A stretch of 64,000 nucleotides of DNA, taken from the IMG/VR virus record IMGVR_UViG_3300025154_000055; one strand, given 5' to 3'. The notes beneath the pieces are model-generated. The model saw only the letters and a program-made list of their open reading frames with translations, had not been told where the DNA came from and did not search any database. The stretch is from an uncultured virus (IMG/VR IMGVR_UViG_3300025154_000055). Its lineage: Duplodnaviria; Heunggongvirae; Uroviricota; Caudoviricetes. A program made the translations under genes and the position numbers. Shown here piece by piece: positions 45,647-56,969 of this stretch. Each line of letters starts with the position of its first letter. The stretch's first letter is position 1.

Positions 45647-47896
45647 GTGAACCAATTTCAGAAGCGTGTACTCAAGACTCAGTGGCGGGAGAACTGCTAC
45701 ATTCTCATGTCTCCCAAGATACGGGATAGCGACCGTCCGATGGACATTGACAATATGGACTATGCCATGTCGTTCCTGTACCACAATTCCGAAACGGGGT
45801 ATGCCGCTGAGTGGGAACCGCGTTACGGGCCAATTCAGGTATGGCATCAGTGCTTGGAGAACAGTGAGGGCGCGAAGGAGCACTACTTCTTCGACTTTAC
45901 AGACAGCGAAGGTGGTAACTGGTCGCAGATGGCGGTAGAGCGCGAGGGATTGCATCGGTACTTCTTTGAGAGTGACTGGAACAGCATCTTTAATGTGCTG
46001 ATGTCGTGGACGGAGAGGTGATGCATGGACGGCAACGAGATTGTATCTAAGGCAATGGACGATTTCTCTCAATGGGAGAAGTCTGTATCTGAGACTATTT
46101 CAGAAGAGTTGGTGGGCGAATGGGACGCGATGTCGGTTGGGATGCGTACCTACTTGTACGGCGAGACTGACTCAGACCTACTAGAAGAAGTCAAGAAACT
46201 CAAAACTGAAGTGAGATTTCTTCTCATTGAGAGTATCCAGAAATCACGTGACAACAATGGATACAATCAGGGATGGCACGATGGTAAGGGTGACGCCTAC
46301 GGGTACATCCACGAGAAACTGGTAGCGCTTATCTCACAAAGTCAGTAGGAGATGCCATGAACCACGTTTTCGTTCACAAGGGCAAGCACTGTAGATACTA
46401 CTACAAGTTCGACGCGCCAGAAGACCAAGAGTACGCATGGTTGGAACATTTCAGGATAAACGACTCTGAGGGGTATTACGATGACGCAGAGAGTAGAGAA
46501 CTGGAGTTTGTAGAACTAGCGCGTACTGGTAACTGGAAGGCGGCGGAACGGATTGCCGAGCACCGTGGCGGGTACGAGTACGAGGGGTTCGACATTGAGC
46601 AGTTGTACGGACACGAGGACGGAGAATTAGCATGAAACTTCACATTAAAATTGTCCCGATTCAGACAGGCGGTACTTCTGATGGTCGCAAATATTACGAG
46701 CAATGTCTGGTCTACTCGAAATCAGACTATTCAGACTATTACCCTATGGGCGTAGTCCACATTGACACTTTCTGGGTTAAAGATGGAAATAACGAACTGT
46801 ACGCCAAGATCATTCAAGGGAGTACAGTGTTCGCTGATGCGGATATTGTGATTGACAAGGTTGTGGGGTGACGGGATGAAAGTACGAGAATTGATTAATA
46901 AGTTGCTTAAAGAGAATCCAGACGCCGATGTGATTATCCAGAAGGACTCTGAGGGCAATGGATACAGCCCGCTTCGAGATGTTGACGGCAAGTGCGTATA
47001 TATTCCAGAAACAGCCTATTCGGGTACGGCGTACGATACCCGATGGACGGCATATGATGCGAACATGGAAGAGTACGTGTGGCAGAGAGTCACCATGCTT
47101 CCGGGATGTGTTGTTCTGAGTCCGATGAACTAGGAGTGACGCCATGACCGCTAAAGACGATCTACTTCTCGGAAACGAATATCCCTACGACGCAAGTGAC
47201 GCATGGTGGAACGGCAAGCACGACGCGATTCCCCACGAGTCAGAATGGGCGTGGAGAGCCGCTAGAGGGATTATGAAAGCCTTGCGAGACAGGCGTGGGA
47301 TCAAGAATGAGTTGAACGTCTCGGAAGATATTCGGATTGAAATTGTGACCGCCATGGTGGAGATTATCCAAGAAGCGGCGAAAGACAAGGAGTTTCAGCA
47401 TGACAGACGTGATTGATCCTGAGTTTGACGAGGCGGTGTTGGTATTCGAGAACGCGGTTTTATCAGACTCATACGCAACGCCAAGATTTAACCACACTCA
47501 AGAATATGCAGATGCTTTAATGGCCCTGCATAAATACCTGCGCGACAAGGTTCTGGCGGAACGTCAACTATGTGCGAACATTGCCAGAACGGTTGGAGAT
47601 AAACATCACGAAAACCATCGATACGCAGAATGCGACTTTAGCGACACCTGCGGAGAGCGCATTGCAGATGCTATTCTGGAACAATAATGAAGTTCGACGC
47701 CCTGTACCCCCACGCCACGCTAGACGACCAGTATAACTTTGAGGGGTCATTCGTCTTTAAGGGTGACACCATAATGCCATGTCTCCGCTGCGGAGAAGAT
47801 ACCCTATGGATTGACGGTATCTTTATCGGGCATCTGTGCTCCGAGGAGTGCAACGGGGCAATGTGGGATGAATACTTTAGGGCATTGTCGAAGTAG
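45647..47896 (+). other. operon of 8 small hypothetical genes
   Basis: Coupled plus-strand ORFs downstream of TATAAT at 45612. Confidence 0.65.
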
Positions 47897-47907
47897 AGAC
47901 TACATCG

Positions 47908-47955
47908 CAAAAGGAACGCCCCGTGACCGATATGATCATGGGGCGTTTTTGTTTA
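47908..47955. terminator. probable bidirectional intrinsic terminator
   Basis: AACGCCCCGTGA...TCATGGGGCGTT stem with flanking A/T runs, between convergent genes. Confidence 0.7.
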
Positions 47956-47971
47956 GGCGCACGAGAGATTG

Positions 47972-48560
47972 TTAGCCGATTCTCGGAGGAACGGGTGTCG
48001 AGTATTGCGTCAAGGGACGCGGCCCGTCATCTTCTTTACAGACGAGACGCAGGTGAATGACGGTCTGACCGCTGTAGTCGTAGTCTAGCGGGGCGACAGA
48101 ACTGAAATACTGCCCGCTATGTCCAGATAGACCAGTTCCACCGGCAGATCGATAGTTGGTAGAACTTGTGGTGTACGTGTTGAAATCGATGCCTTTTGAT
48201 GTTCCGTAAGGCATAGCGCCCATCATCACAGGATAGTCATCTCCAGCGTAATCGGACGCCGCCCACGAAGCGCCACTGACTTGCTTCACGGGCTTAATGT
48301 CAACTTCTGGCGTAAAGGTCACTTTCAAAAGGCCCAGAGAAGCGTCATTCGATAACTGAGCTGAATGCGCCTCGGATGTTCCAATCTTGTAAAAGGTGAA
48401 CTTTCCATTGTCATTAGCAGGGCGTTCTAGCGTGATAGAATCGTGAGCGTTAATGCGCCACGTTCCTACCGTTTTCCCGTCCAGATCAACTTGTGCGTCA
48501 CATCGGAGATTGTTGCTATTGTGGAGTTTAATTCTGTACGTCTGTCCGTAGAGAGTTACG
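47972..48560 (-). pseudogene. protein-like reading frame lacking a canonical start in its 5' part
   Basis: Frame open from about 48661 to 47972; first ATG/GTG/TTG is at 48328, but protein-like sequence starts near 48560. Confidence 0.45.
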
Positions 48561-48711
48561 GTGTAGGTCTTGGTGTAGCAATGGGAGACGTTATAGTGGG
48601 TGTTGCCACAGGCGATGAGAGGGTTGGTGTAACCGTTGGCGTAACTGTTGGAGTGGGTGGATTACACCCGACTAGGAACACGGTAAGTAGTACAGCAAGT
48701 AATTTCTTCAT
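48556..48711 (-). CDS. 51-aa Pro/Thr-rich lipoprotein
   Basis: MKKLLAVLLTVFLVG-C lipobox followed by PT repeats; TAATG overlap with RNR stop. Confidence 0.7.
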   Translation of the reverse strand: MKKLLAVLLTVFLVGCNPPTPTVTPTVTPTLSSPVATPTITSPIATPRPTP

Positions 48712-51482
48712 TAGGACACCTCGCAGAATGAATATTCACAAGAATCACAGTGCGTACAACCACCCTCTTTGACGAGATTCCCACCGCACTCTGGACACCT
48801 CTTATCTTTGTTGATCTTCTTCGGGGACAGAACTTCTTGATTACGGCTTCCATTCCGATATACAGTCATACCCTTAACGCTACCCAAGTCATACGCCATC
48901 ATAAAAGCGCTTGCCACATCCTCTTTAGTGGCAGAGTTCGGGAAGTTAATCGTCTTGGACACCCCTGAGTTGACGTGATTCTGGACGACATTCTGCATCT
49001 GGACGTGCTCTTGCCACGTCACCTCAACCCCGCCGTTCCCCGTCACTGCACATCGGAAGTGTGGTTGGTGCGCCATCGGGTGATAAATCTTGTACGTCCC
49101 CGTCTTATCCTCACGCATGGTGAATTCTGAGAAGATGGGTTCAATTCCATTAGAACACCCAGCAATGAGCGAAATAGTACCCGTGGGCGCTATGGACGTG
49201 GTGGTGATGTTCCTACGCGGAACAGGAAGAGATAGACACGCCTCTGGAATACCCATCTCTCGCCCCATCTCTTCCGATTCCCTATCTGCCACATCTGAGA
49301 TGAACTTCATAACATCGCCAATAATAGACAAGGACTCTTCGCTTCCGTATGCAACGCCCATAGATAGTAATAGATCAGCCGCGCCCATCACACCCAGCCC
49401 GGTCGGACGATTGGACTTAACCCACTCGGCAATGTCTCTAGTCGGGAAGGTTCCAGCGTCAATTACAGCGTCCAAGAATCGGGCGGCGACCCTTACTGCT
49501 ATCTCCAATTTATTCCAGTCGATAATGCCAAACTCAACAAACTTCGATAAGTCTAAGCTGCCTAAGTTGCACACGCCGTTCTTCGGTAATGGCTGCTCTC
49601 CGCACCCTCTTTGTACATATCCGTCTGTAATCCAAGTGTCGGAACCATCGCAATATAAGTCATATACAGTTGTTAGTCCATATTCCTCTATGGATTTAAT
49701 TCTCGCTTTCCAAGTATTACCAGTTGTCATCCAGTATTTTCTAAGATCGACTAGCGTCTTGCCTTTCTCTGGGTTGATTTCTTCGATCCTAGTATGCTCT
49801 ATATAGTTAGAAATGCTGTCGCCGCTGATTCCAATGGTCATCTTTGCGTGATTTCTGACTATCTCCCTGTTGCCAAGCATATGAGACGACATATCGGTCG
49901 AGGTAGATATTCTTCCATGACACCCAATCATTAACAGGAGTCTTCTAATGTTTTGAGCGAGTTCCGGGCTTGTCGTATCCCATCTAATCTGAGGATGGTT
50001 CGACCTTAAATTTATATTCCCGTCAGTTGCCAATAGACCGTCTAAGATTCCGATTGCCTCTCTTATTGTTACGACCCTTTTGATGTCAAACGACTTATTG
50101 TAACTGTACCCAGTCTCCAGTCCAAGTTCACAGAGTAGTGTCTCTGGACTCCCGACGTACATAGACATGCTCTTAGATTTTTTATCCTTCCAGTCTAAGT
50201 TTGTGATACCAAATAAATTGTGAACATTTGAATTGTAGTCCACGTCGTCTTGATTGGACGCAATACTAATAACGCCACTATCGCCATTTATGTGCGTATA
50301 GCATCCGTCTCCTAATAGTATTCCAGACTTCAGTCCCCGAACATAGTCGTCGTCTGACCCCAAATTGGATAATGACGAGCGTCCCACTCTAACGTAATCC
50401 CCAACGGACAATTCATCCAGTCTATAGTCGGACAACCTCTTAGAGCTACTGCCGGATTTAATTGCATAATATCTGTGTGCAGATGTGACGTACTGGAACC
50501 CACCGTCGCTAAATGACACCTTAAACACTGGAATATCTTCGTGAGACTCAACCGATTTCACTTTCTCTGTGCCGAACACAGTTGATATATTATCCCCTAC
50601 CTTAATGTTCTCTACGGGGATGTATCCCGATGGAGTGTTTACTAGAGTTCCTGCCGAGACACACGGATTCGTCGCCTCAATCTTTTGTCCACTATATGTA
50701 TAAGGACTATCGTTCATTCTATCCAAGAAAATAATTCCAGGCTCACCATTGCTCCACGCACCATCAACAATCATGTCGAATAGTTCTCTCGCTCGAATTT
50801 CCGAATATCTCACACCCTTAAACTCAGTCCAGTAAGTGCCGTCAGACTTAACAAGTTCCATGAACTCAGCGTCCACCGCGACCGAGATATTGGTCGTGTG
50901 CATCCGACCTTCTTCTATCTTCGCCTTGATGAATTTGATAATATCGGGATGCTTGTAGTACATGACGCCCATCATAGCCATTTCACGGAATCCTGCTTGG
51001 GTCATCGCCTTCATGTCGTTACAAATCGTCTCAAAGAATTTCACCGGCCCGCCAGCATAACCGTGAGTAGACCCTGACACGAAGTCGTTCTCTGGCCTGA
51101 GATTACTCAGAGTCGTCCCGCACCCCCCGCCTTTCTTGGCGATAAGAGCGAACTCCAACTTTGTCTTGTAAATTTCCTCAATGGAGTCCTCGAACCCCAC
51201 TACGAAGCACGCCGACAGTCCGCCATTCTTCTTCCCAGAATTGACAAGGCAGGGACTATTCGGGATAAAGTATCGGTGTAACATCATATCATAGATAACG
51301 GGTTTCCACCACGCATCCTCTTTACAGACCCAATTGGTAACGCGAGACACCACATCCGACCACTGTGATTCTCCTACGTGATAGTAGCGTTTCTGTAAAA
51401 TATTGAGGGCCATATCGTCCAACGGGCGTACAGCATCGAACACAACAGACGACAAGTCCACGGATTGTAATTCCTTTAACAT
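48711..51482 (-). CDS. nrdJ: class II (B12-dependent) ribonucleotide reductase with intein
   Basis: FIPNSP.L.N, LSACFV, GEPG..F, NP|C-GEQ, CNLGS, IAPTGTIS, VSKTIN, C-terminal Zn ribbon. Confidence 0.92.
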   Translation of the reverse strand: MLKELQSVDLSSVVFDAVRPLDDMALNILQKRYYHVGESQWSDVVSRVTNWVCKEDAWWKPVIYDMMLHRYFIPNSPCLVNSGKKNGGLSACFVVGFEDSIEEIYKTKLEFALIAKKGGGCGTTLSNLRPENDFVSGSTHGYAGGPVKFFETICNDMKAMTQAGFREMAMMGVMYYKHPDIIKFIKAKIEEGRMHTTNISVAVDAEFMELVKSDGTYWTEFKGVRYSEIRARELFDMIVDGAWSNGEPGIIFLDRMNDSPYTYSGQKIEATNPCVSAGTLVNTPSGYIPVENIKVGDNISTVFGTEKVKSVESHEDIPVFKVSFSDGGFQYVTSAHRYYAIKSGSSSKRLSDYRLDELSVGDYVRVGRSSLSNLGSDDDYVRGLKSGILLGDGCYTHINGDSGVISIASNQDDVDYNSNVHNLFGITNLDWKDKKSKSMSMYVGSPETLLCELGLETGYSYNKSFDIKRVVTIREAIGILDGLLATDGNINLRSNHPQIRWDTTSPELAQNIRRLLLMIGCHGRISTSTDMSSHMLGNREIVRNHAKMTIGISGDSISNYIEHTRIEEINPEKGKTLVDLRKYWMTTGNTWKARIKSIEEYGLTTVYDLYCDGSDTWITDGYVQRGCGEQPLPKNGVCNLGSLDLSKFVEFGIIDWNKLEIAVRVAARFLDAVIDAGTFPTRDIAEWVKSNRPTGLGVMGAADLLLSMGVAYGSEESLSIIGDVMKFISDVADRESEEMGREMGIPEACLSLPVPRRNITTTSIAPTGTISLIAGCSNGIEPIFSEFTMREDKTGTYKIYHPMAHQPHFRCAVTGNGGVEVTWQEHVQMQNVVQNHVNSGVSKTINFPNSATKEDVASAFMMAYDLGSVKGMTVYRNGSRNQEVLSPKKINKDKRCPECGGNLVKEGGCTHCDSCEYSFCEVS
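49605..50663 (-). mobile_element. LAGLIDADG intein (353 aa) at the RNR active-site NPC
   Basis: Begins CVSAGTLV; block B TSAH; GILLGDG and DGLLATDG; block F VYDL; ends WITDGYVQRG before CGEQPL. Confidence 0.9.
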
Positions 51483-51577
51483 TTAGGGTTCTCCAGAGAA
51501 GGTTTTGGTGTAACAAAAAGGCGGAACACTCACTGTCCCGCCGAGGTATCTCAGAATACAACGGAAAAGTCTCTAAG

Positions 51578-51892
51578 TCAACTGCTTGACTTGATTTTTT
51601 GTTCTTCCAGAAGACAAACCATTATGAGCGAATAGTTTGCGAGGTCTAACAGTGTGTCCTCCAGTGCTTCACCAACTTGCTCATTAAGGGGGTTCTTTAG
51701 AAGGTTGCACGCCCGCTTGTACTTATCGGATAGACGCACCATGCACCCTAATGACGCAGATACCCCAAACTGTTCGCATAGTCTGAAATTGGCCCACGAA
51801 TCGGGGTTATCTACGCCAGAATATCCAGCGTTCTTCTTCTCGTGAATGTCGCGCATCTGCTGAGTGAGTTCAATAAACCGTTTAGAAATCAT
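51578..51892 (-). CDS. nucleotide-modification-associated domain protein (DUF1599/Nmad1-like)
   Basis: KKNAGYS...NF...RLSDK..R...EDTLLDLANY pattern. Confidence 0.7.
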   Translation of the reverse strand: MISKRFIELTQQMRDIHEKKNAGYSGVDNPDSWANFRLCEQFGVSASLGCMVRLSDKYKRACNLLKNPLNEQVGEALEDTLLDLANYSLIMVCLLEEQKIKSSS

Positions 51893-52458
51893 GTGTACAA
51901 CTCCTTGACGGACTCACAGAGGGCAATCACTTCTTCCCATGAGTCCACGCGCCAGTATTGTCGTCTCGACTTCGGGTCATTGACGCCCATGTTCCACGGC
52001 CTGTTCCACAGAATCATCTTGGCGCTTGTGTGTTCCAGAATGTCGTCTGCCACTTGAGGGCTGTCGTCAAGATACACATCACACAACGGTACAACTTTCG
52101 ACTTATCAGACATGCTATTAACGACTCGAAACTCGTCAAACCACAAGCACTGATGAATCAACCAATCTAGTCTGTCTTGAATAGCAGGTCTGGGTACGCT
52201 CGTGATAATGACAATATCGCCAATCTCGCGCAACCCAGAAACGCCATCATAGACGCCCGGATATGGTTCGCATTCCAAGAATAGCGGAACTAGCGCGTCT
52301 GTCCACAACCAGTCCCACTGTTCTTTAGCGACGGATTTCCAAATTGAACTCCACTCCGTAGATTCAGGAATATCCACACCGAATTCCTCTTTTAGAAGTC
52401 TGCGTGCGTTGGGTTCCCATTGCGCGAGTACGCCATCGACATCAAGTCCGATTCTCAT
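51889..52458 (-). CDS. HAD-family 5'(3')-deoxyribonucleotidase
   Basis: IGLDVDGVL, IITS, YLDDSP, PWN. Confidence 0.85.
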   Translation of the reverse strand: MRIGLDVDGVLAQWEPNARRLLKEEFGVDIPESTEWSSIWKSVAKEQWDWLWTDALVPLFLECEPYPGVYDGVSGLREIGDIVIITSVPRPAIQDRLDWLIHQCLWFDEFRVVNSMSDKSKVVPLCDVYLDDSPQVADDILEHTSAKMILWNRPWNMGVNDPKSRRQYWRVDSWEEVIALCESVKELYT

Positions 52459-52949
52459 TCTTCCGTCCTGTCTGCGTATGCTTTCGTAATACCACCACTC
52501 TTCCCGCGCTTTGTCTCATTTGTGGCAGTCACTTCTACCACGTCTCCAACATAGCACGGTACGACAACCGCCTGAGCGATAGCATCTCCCTTGCGGATTT
52601 CCACGATTCGGTCACTTTGATTCTTGACCAACACCTTGATCTCGCCACGGTACAGATAATCTACAATCCCAGCGCCCGTGTGGAGTGACATTTTTGCATC
52701 AAGTCCGCTCTTGGGCCATATCTGGAGGACAGACCTCCATCCCTTACAAAGCGGAACATTAGAACCGCCATACTGGGGATCGTCCATCTGAGGTAATTCT
52801 ACCAACTCTATCCCCGTGTCAATAACGCCTTGACTCCACGGATGAATTGTAACGCTCCATAATGCGTATAAGTCTACGCCAGCATCTCCTTCGTGGTGAC
52901 GTGTCGGGATAATGGAGTCTGGGTGAACCTTACGGACTGAGAATGACAT
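52455..52949 (-). CDS. dut: trimeric dUTPase
   Basis: DAGVDL, KSGL, GIVD..YRGEI, IAQ, RG..G motifs. Confidence 0.88.
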   Translation of the reverse strand: MSFSVRKVHPDSIIPTRHHEGDAGVDLYALWSVTIHPWSQGVIDTGIELVELPQMDDPQYGGSNVPLCKGWRSVLQIWPKSGLDAKMSLHTGAGIVDYLYRGEIKVLVKNQSDRIVEIRKGDAIAQAVVVPCYVGDVVEVTATNETKRGKSGGITKAYADRTEE

Positions 52950-53663
52950 GGTTTTCCTTTTGAGAGAATGGGCGTTGCCCGCCGTCCGCCCGCGCTTGCA
53001 GTTCTTCTCGTGTTATACTCGCGCATCAATAGAGGATATAGTCGCAGGTAGGCGCGACTTGATACATGCTAGAATGCCACTCTTCGGAATGCGCTCATAA
53101 TCTTTTCAGCAACCTCCTCTTGAATAGACGGGTGAAGAGAGTACAGAACGGGTTCAATATCCTTGAATAGTTCTCGTGCTACTACTGCGAAGTTCCCGCT
53201 ATTCTCGCCTTCCATTTCCATGTAAAACTCTTGGAACATCTCGTCAATCTTTGGCATTTTTACCTCCAGACGTGGGGTTCAGACAACTCGTACTTCGCCC
53301 TATTCCTCGCATACACCAACCCACCCCGATCCACTCTCAGGCGTCCCACGGTCGTGTCAAACGAGAGTCCGTCCTGAAACACACCCTCATGGAGTCCACA
53401 CTGAATGTCCAGAGCACTCAGTACCGCGCCTGCACTAAACACGTCAGCGGGGTCATGGATAACCGTGAACCGTTTTGCGCCATTGTTGCCACGTCCGCTA
53501 GGGGATCGACCTTTAAAGACTCGCTTGTGACCGTAGTTGGTAGTTGCCTTATTCATGGATACAGAATACCACAATCAGTCGATAGATTATATGGTACTAT
53601 CGTCCCGAATAAAAAGAACCGTGCCTCTATTGTCAATAACTCTGATAACACCGTACTCTTTAC

Positions 53664-53690
53664 TTATGTCAAGTTGCGCGTCGAGAGATT
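53664..53690 (-). repeat. 27-bp junction motif copy (inside ORF 53587-53817)
   Basis: AATCTCTCGA CGCGCA ACTTGACATAA. Confidence 0.75.
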
Positions 53691-53827
53691 TCGCGGCGTC
53701 TATGACGTACCCACGCGCCATTATTTCTGGGTTCTCTTTACCCGTTCTCAGGACTCCAATTAGAAGTCGTGCCAGTTTCTTCGCTATCATGTCCCGCTGT
53801 GTCGTTGTCAGTTCCATCGCTATATTC

Positions 53828-54892
53828 CTATAAGGTTTCTACTATCGGTGCTACGAGTTGCTTTTTGGGTACGCGACTCTTGGCGAACGCGCTACCCCGT
53901 ATCTGTGAGATAGACGCTGATAGACGCCATCCCTGATTCGGTTGGTTGGGGTGAACCCACTCAGCCCAATGCCCAGACAAGAGTGATTCCCGGATTTCGT
54001 CTCCCACCACAGGCAAGTCAACACCAGAACGAACAAGTCTCTTGCCCTTCCATGAACGCTCACTCGTACTCCAATCCTTGCTCTCAATACCATCCAAGAA
54101 CTCGTTTACCATCATCTCGAACGCTAAATCTTCTGTTCCGGGCTTGAAGGTGCGTCCAGCCGCAGGATTAGCAATAATGTGGTGTCCGAGAAGGGCGCGT
54201 TGAGGTTCTGGTTCGTCTTCCTCTACCGTGTACTCTCCATCAATAATACCCGCCTCTCGTCTACGCCAGTAATCTTCCAGCAGGAGCGATTGGATGGCAT
54301 ATTTAGAGTCCGAGTCGCGTAGAGAGTTTGTCAATTGATTGACGAAGAACCTCTTGAATGGTTTGTAGGCGACTAGCCAACCGACGACCGCACAGACCAA
54401 GAAGACGACATGCGCCTCTTGGTCTAGCGTCAGTGTGGCTTGGGGTACAATCACAGACACATAGAAATCGGTAATGAGTACCAGAATGACAAGGATAACG
54501 ACCCACGTCACGATAAACGCATACCGGCCCATATCGAAAACGATAGAATAGACATATCGCTGAACGAATCTAATGAGATAGAATCCTGATATTGGCAACG
54601 CACATAGCGTGATTATTCCAATTAAGAGCGACCAATCTGCGCGATCCACGATAAAGATTTTTGTCACGACGTAGATAGCGAACAAGAGACCAGCCGTCCC
54701 AACCGCGATGATAAACGATTGCTTAACAGGAATGACTATTTCGCTGGACGCACCGACCTGTTTATTTTCTCTTACACCAGGGCCACCAAATCCACCGCCC
54801 ATGAATCCCATCTTAGGGTTATCCTCCTCATCAGCGTTGTCCATTCCGGCAACGCCTCGATAGTCAATTTTATTACCGAATCTGACGCCCAT
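53828..54892 (-). CDS. membrane protein (about 4 TM)
   Basis: Hydrophobic segments followed by a soluble C-terminus. Confidence 0.65.
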   Translation of the reverse strand: MGVRFGNKIDYRGVAGMDNADEEDNPKMGFMGGGFGGPGVRENKQVGASSEIVIPVKQSFIIAVGTAGLLFAIYVVTKIFIVDRADWSLLIGIITLCALPISGFYLIRFVQRYVYSIVFDMGRYAFIVTWVVILVILVLITDFYVSVIVPQATLTLDQEAHVVFLVCAVVGWLVAYKPFKRFFVNQLTNSLRDSDSKYAIQSLLLEDYWRRREAGIIDGEYTVEEDEPEPQRALLGHHIIANPAAGRTFKPGTEDLAFEMMVNEFLDGIESKDWSTSERSWKGKRLVRSGVDLPVVGDEIRESLLSGHWAEWVHPNQPNQGWRLSASISQIRGSAFAKSRVPKKQLVAPIVETL

Positions 54893-54982
54893 TTAGATTC
54901 GTCTCAGATAGATTCTTTTTACAGGATTAACGGCAGTCAGACGACCGAATCTCTGTCCGGTCAAATCCTTAAATGACCCCAT
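54893..54982 (-). pseudogene. remnant of a homing endonuclease N-terminus (MGSFKDLTGQRFGRLTAV...)
   Basis: DLTGQRFGRLT motif, same family as the 14951 gene, stops after 29 aa. Confidence 0.6.
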
Positions 54983-55657
54983 TTTAGGCGCTTCTCCTTC
55001 GTCCGAGTTCTGCATACCCGGATCGCCTCTGTAATCGATAACATTCCCGTGCTTCTCGGACATTATCCACCAATTTGTCCCATTCCTTCAGCCCACTGTC
55101 GTCTTTCTAGGTTCGTCAGATAGTCGGGTAGAGTATCTCGCGCCTTAAACATACACTCCACCCGCTGTTCAACCGTCATTTGTGCTACGGCACGAACCCT
55201 GTCGCCCATATTCGGGAACCCATCCGAAGGCCACGGGGCGTTCATGGGGTCTAGTAGCGAATCCATCTCCGCTTCGTATCGGGCGATTCTGACCTTCCTG
55301 TCCTCTTCAAAAGTCTCAGTTCGCCTAGTTTCTTGAACTTCTGTAGGAGTTTCTATTCGTAGCACTCCCTTGAAGAACTCCTCGACCAGATTCACTTAGC
55401 GCCCCAACTTAAATCCATAGCACCAGCGCACCCCGCGTATTCGCTAACATCCTGATACCACGCCCTATAGTCTGAGTCCGACTTCTCTTTGACTACCTGT
55501 TTCACGAACGCTTCTACCGATTCATTCCCGATATGCGCCGACCGTAATGCGAATAGGGGCGTCTCATTGCCCCTGTTGTACTCTTTCTGCGCCCACTCTA
55601 TGTCCTTTTGAATCTGTCGAGCCGACACATTACTAACTTTCTGATTAGAGAAAATAG

Positions 55658-56608
55658 TCATTTAACACTCTCCTGATATTTCGACCACCAAGCATACCCA
55701 GTTTTCTTAGATGCCTTGAATACTTCCGACACCTGATTGCCATTCTTGGGTTTATTGCCATTCATAGTTTTCATTGCCTCAACGAACCCCTCAAACCCGT
55801 TCACCACGATACGAGTATCCGGCTCTGCCGTATAGACCTTAGCGTCCTCTGGTTTCGTCTCCACTAAATCGGGGCGTGGAGTCTGTCCGTGCATCGGTTC
55901 TGTCGGCAGTTGCAGAGAATAACCTACGGTTTCAGCGGGTTTCTCAATGAGATTATCGAACTCATCATAGACGCGCATATTACCCAATATTTTATTTGCG
56001 ATCTCTATGCGTTTCTTCAACTCGCCAATACTCTCAACGTCTCTGAATTCTTCTTTCCAGTTGCCTTCGGTCGAGTCTAGCGCGTCCACTGGTAGTTCTG
56101 GCGTGCGGGTAACACCATCCCATACGTTCTCGCCCTCTGTGTCTTTAACCTTGAACCTATCAGCATACGAAACGCCCGCAATGACGACAAACGCCGCCAC
56201 AGACGTTGCCACGACATACAGCGCGTTCCACCCCGCAAGAGACGACACGGGAACGTCCATTAAGGAAGCGTACAGGGGCGGAATCTGCACCATCGCAAGT
56301 ACGACGAGCGACACGAACCACACCGCGCCCAAGAAGAACTTATCCTTCCCATCTTTAGCGAGGTTGAACGCCCGCATAATCATCGCAGTCGCCCAAATCT
56401 CGACCACGGCAAACGAGATGGACAGTACAGCGCTGATGGCGTCCCACATCCACCCCATTGAGGCAATAATGCCCGCAAGGTTCGTCTTGTCAATCGGACT
56501 AAATGTGATGACCCATCGGGTGCTTGCGGTAAGCACTGCCGCCGTCTCTACGATAGCAGTTTCGTGACTTTTGAGTGTTTGAACAAGTGACTTCTTTTGT
56601 GGTGACAC
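55658..56608 (-). CDS. membrane protein
   Basis: Three to four TM segments and an acidic C-terminal region. Confidence 0.65.
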   Translation of the reverse strand: MSPQKKSLVQTLKSHETAIVETAAVLTASTRWVITFSPIDKTNLAGIIASMGWMWDAISAVLSISFAVVEIWATAMIMRAFNLAKDGKDKFFLGAVWFVSLVVLAMVQIPPLYASLMDVPVSSLAGWNALYVVATSVAAFVVIAGVSYADRFKVKDTEGENVWDGVTRTPELPVDALDSTEGNWKEEFRDVESIGELKKRIEIANKILGNMRVYDEFDNLIEKPAETVGYSLQLPTEPMHGQTPRPDLVETKPEDAKVYTAEPDTRIVVNGFEGFVEAMKTMNGNKPKNGNQVSEVFKASKKTGYAWWSKYQESVK

Positions 56609-56969
56609 GATACATTCTCCAAGTTAAATTTCCTAGTGCCACACCATTTCAGAATCGGGTGTGGAGTCGGTTTCGCTATACTGAATAGACCGAACGGCAC
56701 TCATTATTTCTTCGTCGCTTCCATCGCCAGAATAGATTATCTTCCCATTCTGGACAACATCAAAATCGTACCCGTATCGCCATGCGTCTTCATTCCAGAG
56801 TTTCTTTTGGGGGACACGAATGACCGAAATGTTCTTGGGCACGATACCCTCCAGTGAGATTGGTTATGTACAATAATACTACTTTATGTGCGTTTCCGAA
56901 ATGGGAGATATGTCCTACCGTACCAAAGTACCATTTGCTTTATTAGACATAATGATGTAAAATAACATT

